Part shown: one piece after another, positions 1-10,390 of the stretch | Layout: each line of letters starts with the position of its first letter | How positions within the stretch are numbered: the stretch's first letter is position 1 | Assembly (NCBI RefSeq): GCF_000142905.1 | Contig: NW_013657612.1 | Location: 68,159 to 132,158 of the forward strand | DNA length: 64,000 nucleotides | Direction: 5' to 3' | From: Thecamonas trahens ATCC 50062 | Lineage: Eukaryota; Protista; Apusomonadida | Translations under genes and position numbers: made by a program | Notes under the pieces: model-generated | What the model was told of the DNA's origin: nothing | Database searches by the model: none | The model's input: only the letters and a program-made list of their open reading frames with translations

Positions 1-3000
1 GACACCTCGCGCGAGTCATGGACCGCCTTGCCAAGGTCGATGCTGCGGACGACGAGGCCACCAGGAACAAGGGTATACACCACAAGCCGGAACGGCTCAT
101 TTGTGAGAACCACAACAGTGCCGCGTCCGTCGCTCGCTCCATCGACGATGTGCGATGCGCCAGGCACACCGCTGTCGCCTCGCGCGTCGGCATCCAGCGG
201 ATCGTACGGATCGACATACCAGTCGCAGAGCGCCTCGGCAAAGGCCGAGCCGCCGACGGTCGTTCGCCGGCGGGCAAGCGAGCGGCTTCCATCGCCGCCC
301 ACCGTGCTGACTTTGAACGGCCTGTACCGGAACGACATCTGGGCCCGGGCCGCCGGGACCGGGCCGGCCACATGCTCCTCCACCGTACCCGACATGCTCA
401 CCAGCAGGACCGGCGGCGGGAGTTCAACAACGCTGCCTGCGCCCGATGCCGAGCCCGGGTCGCCGTCGGCGTTGCGGGCGGCAAGGACTGAGTCGATGGG
501 CACGCCCGAGCGGAAGAGCACCTCGACCACATTGTCCATCAGTAGCGGATCGGCAGCGTCAAAGGCAAGCACGTTGTCAAGCACCTCACCTACATCGTCG
601 CGAGGATACGCCTGCAAGTGCTTGACGACATTGACCAGCTCGCGGGTCGAGTACGGATACGAGAGCAGGCCGGCGTCGACGAGCTCACGGAGCTCGCAGA
701 ACGCGACCGAGAGCGCAGTGAGAAGGTCGCGCGGGACGGCTGGACCGTAGGCGGCAAGCAGCGCAACCTCCGACTCGGTATCGGGATTGTCAACAACATG
801 GACAGCAAAGACATCGCCCATGACCGCGAAGAAGTCGTTACCGAGGAACGGAAAGCCGGGCCGGTTGGCGAGGGCGATGACTCGAAAGTCGGGCGAAATG
901 TGGATCGCACCCGGCGGCGCAGTACCAGCGGCAGATGGCGCCACAAAGATCCGTCCATCGGCGAGCTCAATGACGCCATCTTGCAGAAGCGCCTTGAGGA
1001 CACACACCACCTGGGTCGGCGCCTTGTCGGCCTCGTCGATGACAAGCACCGCGCCGGAGATCATGGCTTTGACCAGCGGCGAGTCATCGTACGAGAGCAC
1101 GCCACCGGTGAGGACCGGGGTGACGGTAAGGCCCGCGACAGTTGTGTCGCGGTGAAGCTGGATGTACTGTCGCTCGCGGTTCATCAGCTGCAGCAGCCGG
1201 TCGGCCAGCTTGTTCTTGCCAGTCCCCTGGTTGCCGATGAGCAGCATGTGCTCGCCGAGGGCAAAGTCCTCCAGCATGTCCTCCAGCAGCAGCATGTGTC
1301 GTGGAATGTCGTAGAACTCGATCGACGGAACCAGCGCAGGTGACGCCGGTGTCCAGAGCGAGATCGAAGCGCGCCCGATGGTGAGCATGTCACCATGGAT
1401 CTCCGCTGCTGGTGCAGACAATAGTTGCTGTGTTGCGGCACTTGGTGGCTCAAGACCGCCCGCTTCGATCACCTCATCGACAAGCTTGGCCTGCTCGGCA
1501 GGCATGAACCGAACTAGCAGAGTCGAGTAGAGAGCAGGGACCAGTCGTTTCGGCGCGACTTGTGCCTTGTGCACCAGCCGTGCCGTCTGTCGCAGCGAGA
1601 GAACGACGTCGAGTGGAATCGATGCGTCGGCGGCAACGGCAGCGAGGCCGTCGGCCACACGGGCAAGAGCGTCCAGGGCCAGACTGCTCCTCGCCCGTGC
1701 GAGCATCTCTGCTCGCGACACAGACGTGGCCGCAGGCAGGATGGTATGAAAGTGGAACGAAGCTAGGGCAAAGCCGTCGAGCCATCCACCCGTCTCAGCT
1801 CGCGGCGCGCCTGGAGGCGCGTTGGCAGCGGCCTCGACTGGCGGGACAGCCAGCGCCACAAGCGCAAAGCTGTCAGCGATGGGGACGACGCCGGCAGAAG
1901 CCTCGAGCTCATCGAGACGCAGGCCGGCTTCGTCGGCGAGGGCGAGTGCGCGGGCGCGGGCCACAAACTTGCGGCCTGACGGCATGACAAGCTCGCGGTG
2001 CGAGAAGAGCGGACCAAGGACGCCCAGCGTGCCCGGCGCCAAACGATGGATGCCGTCGAGAACCACCAGCGCCCCGGAGCGGAGGCCGCGAACAAGCGGT
2101 GTCTCAATCCACACCGTGCCGCCAGCGTCGTCGGTTGCACGACGCTCCAGCAAGTCACGCGCAGTCATGTCAGCGTAAAGAAAGTGCGACTCGACAGAAG
2201 TATCGAGCATGTCAGCCAGCGCGCGCGCCAGCGTCGTCTTGCCGTCGCCCTTTGGCCCGACCACAACCAGCGGAGTACCGAGCGCCACCGACGCCATCAT
2301 CGAGGCGAGCACTCTCTGTTGCGGCGAGGTGAGGTGGGGTGGGACTGGCCTCGGGCTGGCTACGACCTGGCCTGCGAGCGCAAAGGTATCAAACTCCGGC
2401 GGGCCGAGCGCGTGTTCCGCCATGACAGCATCGAGCGACTCACCATCTAGGTTCAGCACAGGGAGAACAATACTTGCCAGGGCGTCGGCGACCGGAGGCG
2501 TAAATCCTAGAAGCGGGAGCGGGTAGATGAGGAGGAGGAGCGAGAGCGCAGGCGGCAGTAGCGAGACCAGCCGAGCGAGGCGCGCAACCGAGAGGAGCGC
2601 CGACTCGGGGAGCGTCCTCAAGTAACGGAACGCCATGTCGCGTGAGTGCAGGCCTGGTGCATCAGCCGCCGAGCTCTGTGCGTCCCGCAGCGCCCACGCA
2701 AGCGAGAGCATGGGGCCAAACGCGGCTTCAAACTGCGGGCGGGCCAGCTGCGATACGACCGCCATGGCCTCGGCGAGGACCGGAACCGGCGTCGGCGTTA
2801 CAGCCCGGGCCTGGAACCGCGAGCGCAGCGGCGGGTCTAACGGGTTGCCTGGGTACGGCGGAACCGGGAGGCCGATGGCGATGACTCGGAAGCCTGGGTT
2901 GACCTTCACCAGCCGCAGCGCGTCGAGCACTCTCAGCGTGGCACCACTCCGCTCACCGCTCCCGCCCAGCAGCTCGTCGTAACGTTCCGGGGCCATGAGG

Positions 3001-3407
3001 AACCGACCGTCGTCTAGCGGCAACTCTCTGTTCTCAAGCAGGTTGTTGATGATGGGCAAGACGTTGCGTTCGCACTGCTGAAGGCCGTCGAGAATGACGA
3101 TGGCGCCGTTTTCGGCGCTGCTGGCAGCAGCCTGCACCAGCGGCGAGTCGACGAACCGCGACGAGCCGTCTGCGCTCAGCTCACGCCGCTGCTTCAGATC
3201 CGACTCGGCAGTATCGCGAGTCAGCGGAATGAGGACATACGGCTTGCCACGAGCAGCACAATAGGCAAGCGCAGCTGTCCGGGCGGCAGCATCAGGTGTC
3301 GCCAGCAGAAACATGTCCTGACCGAGATCATCCTTCTTTGCCATCCACTCACCAAGAGAGTTCGGAAGGCAGATACAAACAGATTTGCTGCTGCTTGTGG
3401 TGGTCAT
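1..3407 (-). CDS. VWA8: von Willebrand factor A domain-containing protein 8 (MoxR/midasin-like multi-AAA ATPase), 3'-partial (runs off window start)
   Basis: Missing from the ORF track because it has no stop inside the window. Manual minus-strand translation from ATG 3407 gives EWMAKKDDLGQDMFLL...LTRDTAESDLKQRRE, CERNVLPIINNLLENRELPLDDGRFLM, RVIAIGLPVPPYPGNPLDPPLRSRFQAR and, in the same frame near 1320, FYDIPRHMLLLEDMLEDFALGEHMLLIGNQGTGKNKLADR, all characteristic VWA8 blocks. The true start could lie further upstream. Confidence 0.9.
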   Translation of the reverse strand, partial: MTTTSSSKSVCICLPNSLGEWMAKKDDLGQDMFLLATPDAAARTAALAYCAARGKPYVLIPLTRDTAESDLKQRRELSADGSSRFVDSPLVQAAASSAENGAIVILDGLQQCERNVLPIINNLLENRELPLDDGRFLMAPERYDELLGGSGERSGATLRVLDALRLVKVNPGFRVIAIGLPVPPYPGNPLDPPLRSRFQARAVTPTPVPVLAEAMAVVSQLARPQFEAAFGPMLSLAWALRDAQSSAADAPGLHSRDMAFRYLRTLPESALLSVARLARLVSLLPPALSLLLLIYPLPLLGFTPPVADALASIVLPVLNLDGESLDAVMAEHALGPPEFDTFALAGQVVASPRPVPPHLTSPQQRVLASMMASVALGTPLVVVGPKGDGKTTLARALADMLDTSVESHFLYADMTARDLLERRATDDAGGTVWIETPLVRGLRSGALVVLDGIHRLAPGTLGVLGPLFSHRELVMPSGRKFVARARALALADEAGLRLDELEASAGVVPIADSFALVALAVPPVEAAANAPPGAPRAETGGWLDGFALASFHFHTILPAATSVSRAEMLARARSSLALDALARVADGLAAVAADASIPLDVVLSLRQTARLVHKAQVAPKRLVPALYSTLLVRFMPAEQAKLVDEVIEAGGLEPPSAATQQLLSAPAAEIHGDMLTIGRASISLWTPASPALVPSIEFYDIPRHMLLLEDMLEDFALGEHMLLIGNQGTGKNKLADRLLQLMNRERQYIQLHRDTTVAGLTVTPVLTGGVLSYDDSPLVKAMISGAVLVIDEADKAPTQVVCVLKALLQDGVIELADGRIFVAPSAAGTAPPGAIHISPDFRVIALANRPGFPFLGNDFFAVMGDVFAVHVVDNPDTESEVALLAAYGPAVPRDLLTALSVAFCELRELVDAGLLSYPYSTRELVNVVKHLQAYPRDDVGEVLDNVLAFDAADPLLMDNVVEVLFRSGVPIDSVLAARNADGDPGSASGAGSVVELPPPVLLVSMSGTVEEHVAGPVPAARAQMSFRYRPFKVSTVGGDGSRSLARRRTTVGGSAFAEALCDWYVDPYDPLDADARGDSGVPGASHIVDGASDGRGTVVVLTNEPFRLVVYTLVPGGLVVRSIDLGKAVHDSREV

Positions 3408-3605
3408 GGTACTTCTCCCAAAGCCATCGCTTGCAGGACACCATGGCGGATGATGAATGGCCGTAGGCGAGAAAAAGGTCGTAGAAAGGCGTCCGGCTGG
3501 TCTCGCCAAAAAGGTCGTGGAATGGCCGCCACTACCTTGCCTCGCTGCGCATGGCGAGAGTTGATGCAGGAGGACAGCAGTGCGTCTTCTGGACATGACA
3601 CCAAT

Positions 3606-3636
3606 ATGTATGTATGTATGTATGTGTATGTGTGTA

Positions 3637-3716
<80 letters not shown>
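3606..3716. repeat. (TATG)n/(TG)n microsatellite
   Basis: Directly visible tetra- and dinucleotide run in the divergent intergenic region. Confidence 0.95.
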
Positions 3717-3719
<3 letters not shown>

Positions 3720-4062
3720 GTGGTTGATGCTTGGGTGGAGTGTGTGCGTGTGCTGCCAAGCGGGCAGTGGTACGAGGAGGGTGTATCCAACCGCTGGGCC
3801 TTCCCCTGAGCGATGATGACCGCTGCGATGCGAGAGGGCTCATGTGTGCACAGTAGATATCTGGATGGGGTGTACGGTGGTGAGTCGATGACCACCAGTC
3901 CGCTCACAAACCCAGCCTCATAGTCATCATCGGCGTTCTTTGGTGGTACGGGGTAGCCCGCCGGGTTTGCCTGCGCCCGACTGCCAATGCGTCCAAAGCG
4001 GTGGCTGAGCGGAGCGTAGAGCTGGTGGTGCTACTCGACTCCAAAGTGGCACCTGGCTGGGC

Positions 4063-7000
4063 ATGGCCACCCGAAGGCGGTCCCGCTCACGGTCGATCAT
4101 TGCACGAGAGGAGATCAATTCAGGACGGATAGCCAACCAGAGCAAGGTCTTTACAGCATGGGTCAACTCCCACCTCCGTAAGCGAGACATGGCCCTCTCT
4201 GGTGACCTTGTCAATGCTGTCCAAAGTACGTGCCCGCTTACCCGCTCACCCGCTTGCACGGTCGCTCGCGGCGCAACCTTGCCTGGTACTTGGCGTATGA
4301 GGACACGCTCTACTCATTGCATGGGTGTGTTTGTGTGTTTGTGTGTGTTTGTGTGTGTGTGTGTGGTATTGTGTGGTGTGGTATTGTGTGGTGTATGGTG
4401 GACGCGTGCGACGAGATCCATAGACGGCGTTGCACTGTGTAACCTCATCGAGGTGCTTACGGTTCGCAAGGTGGGCAAGTTCCATAAGTCGCCCAAGTCG
4501 CCGATGCATGTCCGAGAGAATTTGGCGATGTTTCTGGATGGTGCACGGAGTGCTGGCGTGGAGACTACTTGCTCGGTGGAGAACATCTTGGAGAAGGATG
4601 TCAAGATGATCCTCGGCTTGCTCTGGGCACTCATCCGCAAGTTCCAGCTCGTGGTCGACTTTGACGACAGTGATGGGACGGGATCACCCAAAGCTGACCT
4701 GATCGCCTGGCTTCGTCGTCGCATCGGGGACTATCCGGGCGTCAACGTGGTCAACTTGTCCGGATCGTTTGCAGACGGCCTTGCTCTTGCCGCACTTGTC
4801 CACTCGTTTCATCCCGAGCAGCTCGAGTTTGCCACGCTCAAGGCGACCGAGGCCGAGGCCAACGTTGATGCCGCCCTAACAGCCGCCCAAGACGCGATGT
4901 ACATCCCGGCGCTGCTCGATGTCGATGACGTCATTCTGTGCTCGACTGACGAGTACTCGATGATGACGTATCTCTCGTACTTTCGGTCTACGAGCGCGAC
5001 CATGTGTCCAGGATCGAGCGTATGCGCTCAAAGTCGATGGCGCAGCAGGCGAGGCTCTCGTCAAACATCAACAAGCTGCGAAGCGCGCTCATGTCGGCCA
5101 TCCGCGACAAGGACAAGGCGCGCGAGCTGGCCGACAACAGCGGGGGCGAGGGTGCAAGCTCAGACACTGCGCCGACCGATGCTGCCGACGTCGAGCTCGT
5201 GCGCGAGATCCAGAAGCTGCACTCGAGGGTTGCTGCCACCGAGGCTGCACTCGCTGCTGAGAAGCGGCGCAAGTGCACGAAGCTCCACTTTGATGCCCAG
5301 CATCATGTCCTGCTTGCCCGCGAGCTCGCCGACGGTACACTCGAGGCTCTCCAGCTTGCAGATGCTGCGATCGACACCGAGTCGCGGGCGATGATTCGGG
5401 CGGCGCGGCTGGTCTCGCCGGCACTCTGCTCCCGCGCCACAGGAGCAGTTGACGAAGCCAACAAAGTTGCAGCCGGTCTTGCGGCGGCGGTCAAGACCAA
5501 GCGCAACGAGTTCCTCCTCGCTGATGCACAGTGTGAGCTCCACCCGATGCTGGCTTACGTCCTCGACGGCTCGCAGTACGCACAGGAGGCAGCCGCTACC
5601 CATGCACTCGTTGAGCGGCAGGCTGCGCAAGTGACTGTGCTGGAGGAAGAGGTCCGCGCTGGAGCTGCTCAGGCTAGCCGCGACCGCGCAGCATGGGAGA
5701 CGTCGGAGCGCGAGCTCCGCGACGACTTCCAGGCCATGCGCGAAGGAATGGCCCGCGAGAAGGCGAGCTGGCGGGAGCGCGAGCAGGTTGCAGAGGCGCG
5801 AGCCAGCGCGGCAGAGGCTCAAGTTGGCTCTCTCCGGGCCGAGCTCGACGCCAAGAATCGTGCCGCTGACGCGATTGAAGCCGGGCTTCGCGCCAAGATG
5901 AACGAACTCAACGCCGAGCTCACCCGCCACCGTGACGATGCTTTCGCTCACCGGTCGACCGCCACCGAGCTGCGAGCGCAGCTCGAGGCCGAAACAGCTC
6001 AGCTGCAGGCGCTTGTCGACGATCAGGCGACAAACCACACCCAGGCGAGCGCCGAGCACGAGGCCCAGCGCGCGGCACTCACCGAGCGCATGCAGCTGCT
6101 GCAGCGTGATCTGGAACTGCACCGACAGGCTGAGGATAAGCACGCGGCGGCGGCGGCAGACAGCTCAGCAGCGCTCGACGCCGCCGAGCGGCGCTGGCGC
6201 CAAGAGCGCGAAGCGTTGTCGGCTAGGCTTGCTGAGCGCGAGGAGCAAGTAGCACAACTCGACGCGCGCCTGCGGACAGCGCAAGACGAAGCTATCGAGT
6301 CGCGGCACGCAGCCGAGTTGAAGGCTGCCCAGCTGCAGGCGTCGCTGAGCTCCGCACAGGCGCGGCTTGATGCGCTAGAGTCCGAGCTCGTCGCGAGTCA
6401 GGACGCAGCCCGGGACGCCGTTGCCGAAGCCCGCAAGCTTGGCAGCGGATTGGAGGCCAAGACGCAGGAACTGAAGCGGGCCGAGGCCACGTTTGCGGCT
6501 GAAAGCGCCCGAGCTGCGGGCCAGATCACGAATCTCGAGACCGCGCTTGAGCGCGCCAAAGAGAGTCACCTTGCCATCCTCGCCGAGATGACCAAGTCAT
6601 CCAGGGCTGCGCATGCTGAGAGCTTGCGACTCGGCAGCGAGCTGACCGACAGCCAGCGTGCTGTGGCGGAAGCAAGCGACGCCCTACGGATGGAAACGGC
6701 GCAGAAGAAGACGCTGCAGAGCCGGCTGGACACGCTCAACGACGAGCTGGAGCAGCTTCGCAAGACGCTCAACACCGAGCGTGACGAGAGCCGCGCTGCG
6801 CTCCGGGTGGCTGTCGATCGGGAGCATGCGCTCCACGGCGAGGTTCTTGATGCTGACAATCGGGCTGCAGCGGCAAAAGCCAAGCTCGAGGCATCTGCTT
6901 CTGCTGCACAGACAGCCGAAGCCGATTTACGGGCGCGAATGGCGTCGCTCGAGGCCGAGCTGGCGAGCCGGGCGTCTGAATCGGGCGCTGCTGTTGCGCA

Positions 7001-9092
7001 GCTTCGAGATGAGCTGGCTGCGCAGCGAAAGGCAGCAAGCGATGCGATGGCTACTGCCGCCGCAGCTGAGGCGGCACGGGACACACATGCGCGTGCTGCC
7101 GATGACCGCGAGCGCGCTGCTGCGCGTGAAGCCGAGATGCTCAAGCACACGATGGCTATCCTGGAGGAGCGAGTGACGGCGGCAGAGGATCAGGCGGCGG
7201 CGGCAGAGGATCGGGCGGCCCAGCTTCACCGCGAGATGTCGTCGGCTGCAGCTGCAAGTCACGACGAGCTTCGCGAAGCGCTGTCCAAGGTAACTCGCCT
7301 CGAGGCAGTAGTAGCGGCCAAGAGCTCTGCGCTTGCTGCGGCAGAGGCGCGGAGTCAGGCGCTTGCATCTGACTCGGAGCATGCGTCGGCAGCGGCTCGT
7401 GCGGCTGCTGACGCCGCAGCCGCCCAGCACGCAGAGTTGAGCAAGACCAATGCCGAGCTACGAGTGGCGGTCGGAGCAGCAGAGCGGCGAGTGGCGGAGC
7501 TGACCACCACGCGAGACACGCTGTCGGCGCAGCTCGAGGTGAGCCGGGAGACGCTCGGCCAGGTTCGAGCGACGCTCGAGATTGAGAATCAGACGCTGAG
7601 TGCTGAACTTGAGACGGTACGTGCAGCGTTCGACGCGGACAAGATGGAAGCAGCGGCGCGCGACGCACGGGCAACGGCTGCGATTGAGGCGCTTGAGGCC
7701 AAAGTGGCAGTGGCGAAGCAGGCGGCTGAAGACGCTGCAGCCGAGGCTGAAGCACTCGAGGCCGAGGCGGCGGTAGCACAGGCCCAGGCCGCTGAGCTGC
7801 AGCCGCGGCTGGCTGCAGCCGAGGCAGCACTTGCGTCTCTGCGCGATGAGGCTGCACGGGCTAGCGCCACAGCGCGTGCGCTGGCAGAGGAGCACGAGGC
7901 TCGCATGGCTGCAGCCCTCGCGGCCAACGTCGAACTGGCCGACAAAGTCCGTGGGCTGCAGGCCAAGGCACAGGCTACTCGCGCGTCGAGCGCGAGTGAG
8001 CTCTCACGGGTGGCGGCAGAGGAGGCTCGACACCGCGAGGCGCTTGCACGCACGGAAAAACTGCGGGCTGATGCCTTTGCGCGCGCCGAGCGTGCCGAGG
8101 CTGAGCGTGCCGAGACTGCCAAGGCGCTGAGCGAGGCTGAAGCGCAGATATCCAGGCTGGAGGGGGCGGAGCGGATGCTGCAACATGATATGGGCAGCAT
8201 GCGCGCGGAGCACGGGAGGGCCAAGGCGGATCTGCGGCGGCAGGTGGTACAGCTGCAGGCTGCTGTAGACGACGGGGCACGTCGGGAGGCTGAGGCCGAG
8301 GCGCTCGCGCGGGCGGCAGAAGAGCGGGCTTCGCAGGCAGAGTTTAGCTTGATGCGGGTTCAGGCTGAGCTGGAAGTCGACCGTGGCCAGGCGGAGCGTC
8401 TACTTGCGGAGCGCAAGGCTGACCGGCAGCTGCTCGACGTGGTGTCGCGGGAGCGTGAGGTGGCACAACGTCAGGAAAAGGCGGCGCGGGTCGAAGCTAC
8501 CAATGCAAAGGCCGCGGCCGAGGCGGCTGAGGCCAAGGCTTCGTCGCTGGCTGTCGAGTTGGCGGTGACAACGAGCGCGCTGGAATCGCTCGCGGCGCAG
8601 CACAATGCCGAGGCCGAGCAGCTGCGCGCCGCCGTGGCAGCAGCGGAGGAGGAGGCGGAGCTCCAGCGTGTGGCGGCGACCAAATACCAGAAGCTGCTTC
8701 TGGCGTCTGACAACTCACGGGCCGCGCTCAAGCTTGCGCGCGAGAGCGACGCGGCGGCGGCGGCGGCGGAGCGCGAGTGGAGCGAGGGCGCGATGGCGCG
8801 GGCGACGCGCGGGCAGTCGGAGCTGCTGCAGCTCGACTATCTGACCGGGGAGCTGTCGGCGACGCAGAAGCGAACGAGCGAACTCGAGGGCCAGCTGATG
8901 GCAGCAGCACAGGAGCTACTGGCAGCCCGAGATGAGATCGACCGGCTGCGACCAGAGACGCGGTCGGTCGGGGTGCAGGTGGCGCTGGCTGCGCGGCGGT
9001 CGAAGCGGTCAGCAAGCGTGGTCTCAGAGACATGGTCCGAGACGTCGAGCCCCGGGCGACCGCAGGTGTTCTGGTGGCAGGGTAAAGTGTAG
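4063..9092 (+). CDS. Tandem calponin-homology (alpha-actinin/spectrin-type actin-binding domain) protein with a ~1300-aa coiled coil; intron 4226-4423; apparent 1-nt deletion near 4988
   Basis: CH1 is QSKVFTAWVNSHL...NGVALCNLIEVL...ILGLLWALIRKFQ after removing the GTACGT...CATAG intron (198 nt). CH2 is LIAWL...VNVVNLSGSFADGLALAALVH...DEYSMMTYLSYF. The frame then moves into ORF 5004..9092 (YERDHVSRIER...), an A/E/R-rich heptad coiled coil. Confidence 0.8.
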
Positions 9093-9119
9093 CAGTCGCA
9101 TCAGCGTTGCGCGAGTTGA

Positions 9120-10289
9120 CTATGCATGGCGTGAGCGGAGAAGCTCGGCAAGGGCCGGATGGCCCATTTCGGCAGCAACGTCAGACGGGACATTGCCCTG
9201 ATCGTCGGGCCCGGCGACGGCTTTGTGACCATAGGAGTCGAGGAGAAAGAGGCAGGCGGCGGTGTTGCCGCGCTGGGCAGCCTTGTGCATCGGAGTTCGA
9301 CCGGTCTTCTGGCGGGCAGTCATAAGGGTGGCGGCGGCGTGCGGCGAGCCGGCAGCGTCGATGACCCACTGGAGGCAAGCAAGAGCTAGGTCGCCATCGT
9401 CAGAGTCGTTGTCCGCGGGCGCGGCCGAGGCGCCCGGCGGGGTGGCGCGGACCGACTTGGCGGTGCACATAGAGGCCCAGTGTGCAGCAGCGCAGCCCCA
9501 GTCATTGATGCGGGCAAGATCGGCGCCGGCGTCAAGCAGAGCCTGGGCGGCGTCAAAGTGTGCGCCGTAGAGCGCGAGATGCAGGGGGGTGGTGCCGTCG
9601 CCAGTGGGCACATCGACCAGCAGACCGCTAAAGCGATCGGCGAGCAGATAAGAGACGACTGCCGTCTGGCCGTTCCGCGCAGCCCAGTGCAGGACAGTTC
9701 GGCCGCCGCGGGTCCCGCCTGTGTCGCGGGCAGCCAAGGCGGAGGTATCGATGGCGCCTGGCCCGCGATTGATGAGCTCGTCGAGGACATCGACATGGCC
9801 GTTGCCCGCGGCCCACTCTGCGGCCGTAGATCCGTGTTTGTCAAGACCCTGAGTGGTCCAGTCCCAGCCTTGAGCAATAAGTGTGCGGACAGCCGACAGA
9901 TCGCCAGCAGCTGCGGCGAGGAGACCGGGATGTAGACCGCGATGAGGATCAAAGACGAGGCCATTCCGATCGATACCGGCATGGATCTTCTCCTTCTCGG
10001 CCTCGATGAGAGCGGCATCAACCCCACTCTGTCCGTCGACAGTAGATGATGCCCAGTGACCTTGTCCCGGGCGGTGGAAGGTCTCCAGGTGGGCCCGGAG
10101 CCCCCTTCCACGGGCAAATCGCTTCCGCCACATGGGCCGAGGGCCCGGGACGACGATGAGCTTGCGGGCGGCCTGGTTAGCAGCAAAGCGGCGGTCTCGC
10201 TCGGCCACACACACAGGACACTTGACCCATCCGTCGTCGACCCCGCGGCCGGTCGTAGTTGCTCCGTCGATGATGCCGGCGAGGGCCAT
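9120..10289 (-). CDS. Ankyrin-repeat protein with N-terminal CxxC...HxxxxH putative zinc finger
   Basis: Ankyrin consensus repeats GSTAAEWAAGNGH, GRTVLHWAARNGQ, GTTPLHLALYGAH and GRTPMHKAAQRGN; N-terminal CPVC...GLRAHLETFH. Confidence 0.85.
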   Translation of the reverse strand: MALAGIIDGATTTGRGVDDGWVKCPVCVAERDRRFAANQAARKLIVVPGPRPMWRKRFARGRGLRAHLETFHRPGQGHWASSTVDGQSGVDAALIEAEKEKIHAGIDRNGLVFDPHRGLHPGLLAAAAGDLSAVRTLIAQGWDWTTQGLDKHGSTAAEWAAGNGHVDVLDELINRGPGAIDTSALAARDTGGTRGGRTVLHWAARNGQTAVVSYLLADRFSGLLVDVPTGDGTTPLHLALYGAHFDAAQALLDAGADLARINDWGCAAAHWASMCTAKSVRATPPGASAAPADNDSDDGDLALACLQWVIDAAGSPHAAATLMTARQKTGRTPMHKAAQRGNTAACLFLLDSYGHKAVAGPDDQGNVPSDVAAEMGHPALAELLRSRHA

Positions 10290-10390
10290 GTGGTGGGTTA
10301 GGGGAGGGGGGGGGTGCTCGGGCGAGACGAGTGTGGGATCGGACTGAGTGGAGTGGCGGGAGGAGGGGGGGGGGGGGGGGGAGGGGGATG

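Noticed and set aside
18-2982. Plus-strand ORFs in 18-2982 and similar long antisense ORFs elsewhere (27613..29253, 31804..33249, 39696..40994, 41337..42854, 56034..57338)
   Set aside because: Shadow ORFs opposite well-supported genes; GC-rich codon bias depletes stops in alternative frames and no motifs are recognisable.
3404-3907. ORFs encoding poly-HT or poly-CV (also near 36600-36800, 59000-59350 and 62400-62800)
   Set aside because: Translations of (CA)n/(TG)n microsatellites.
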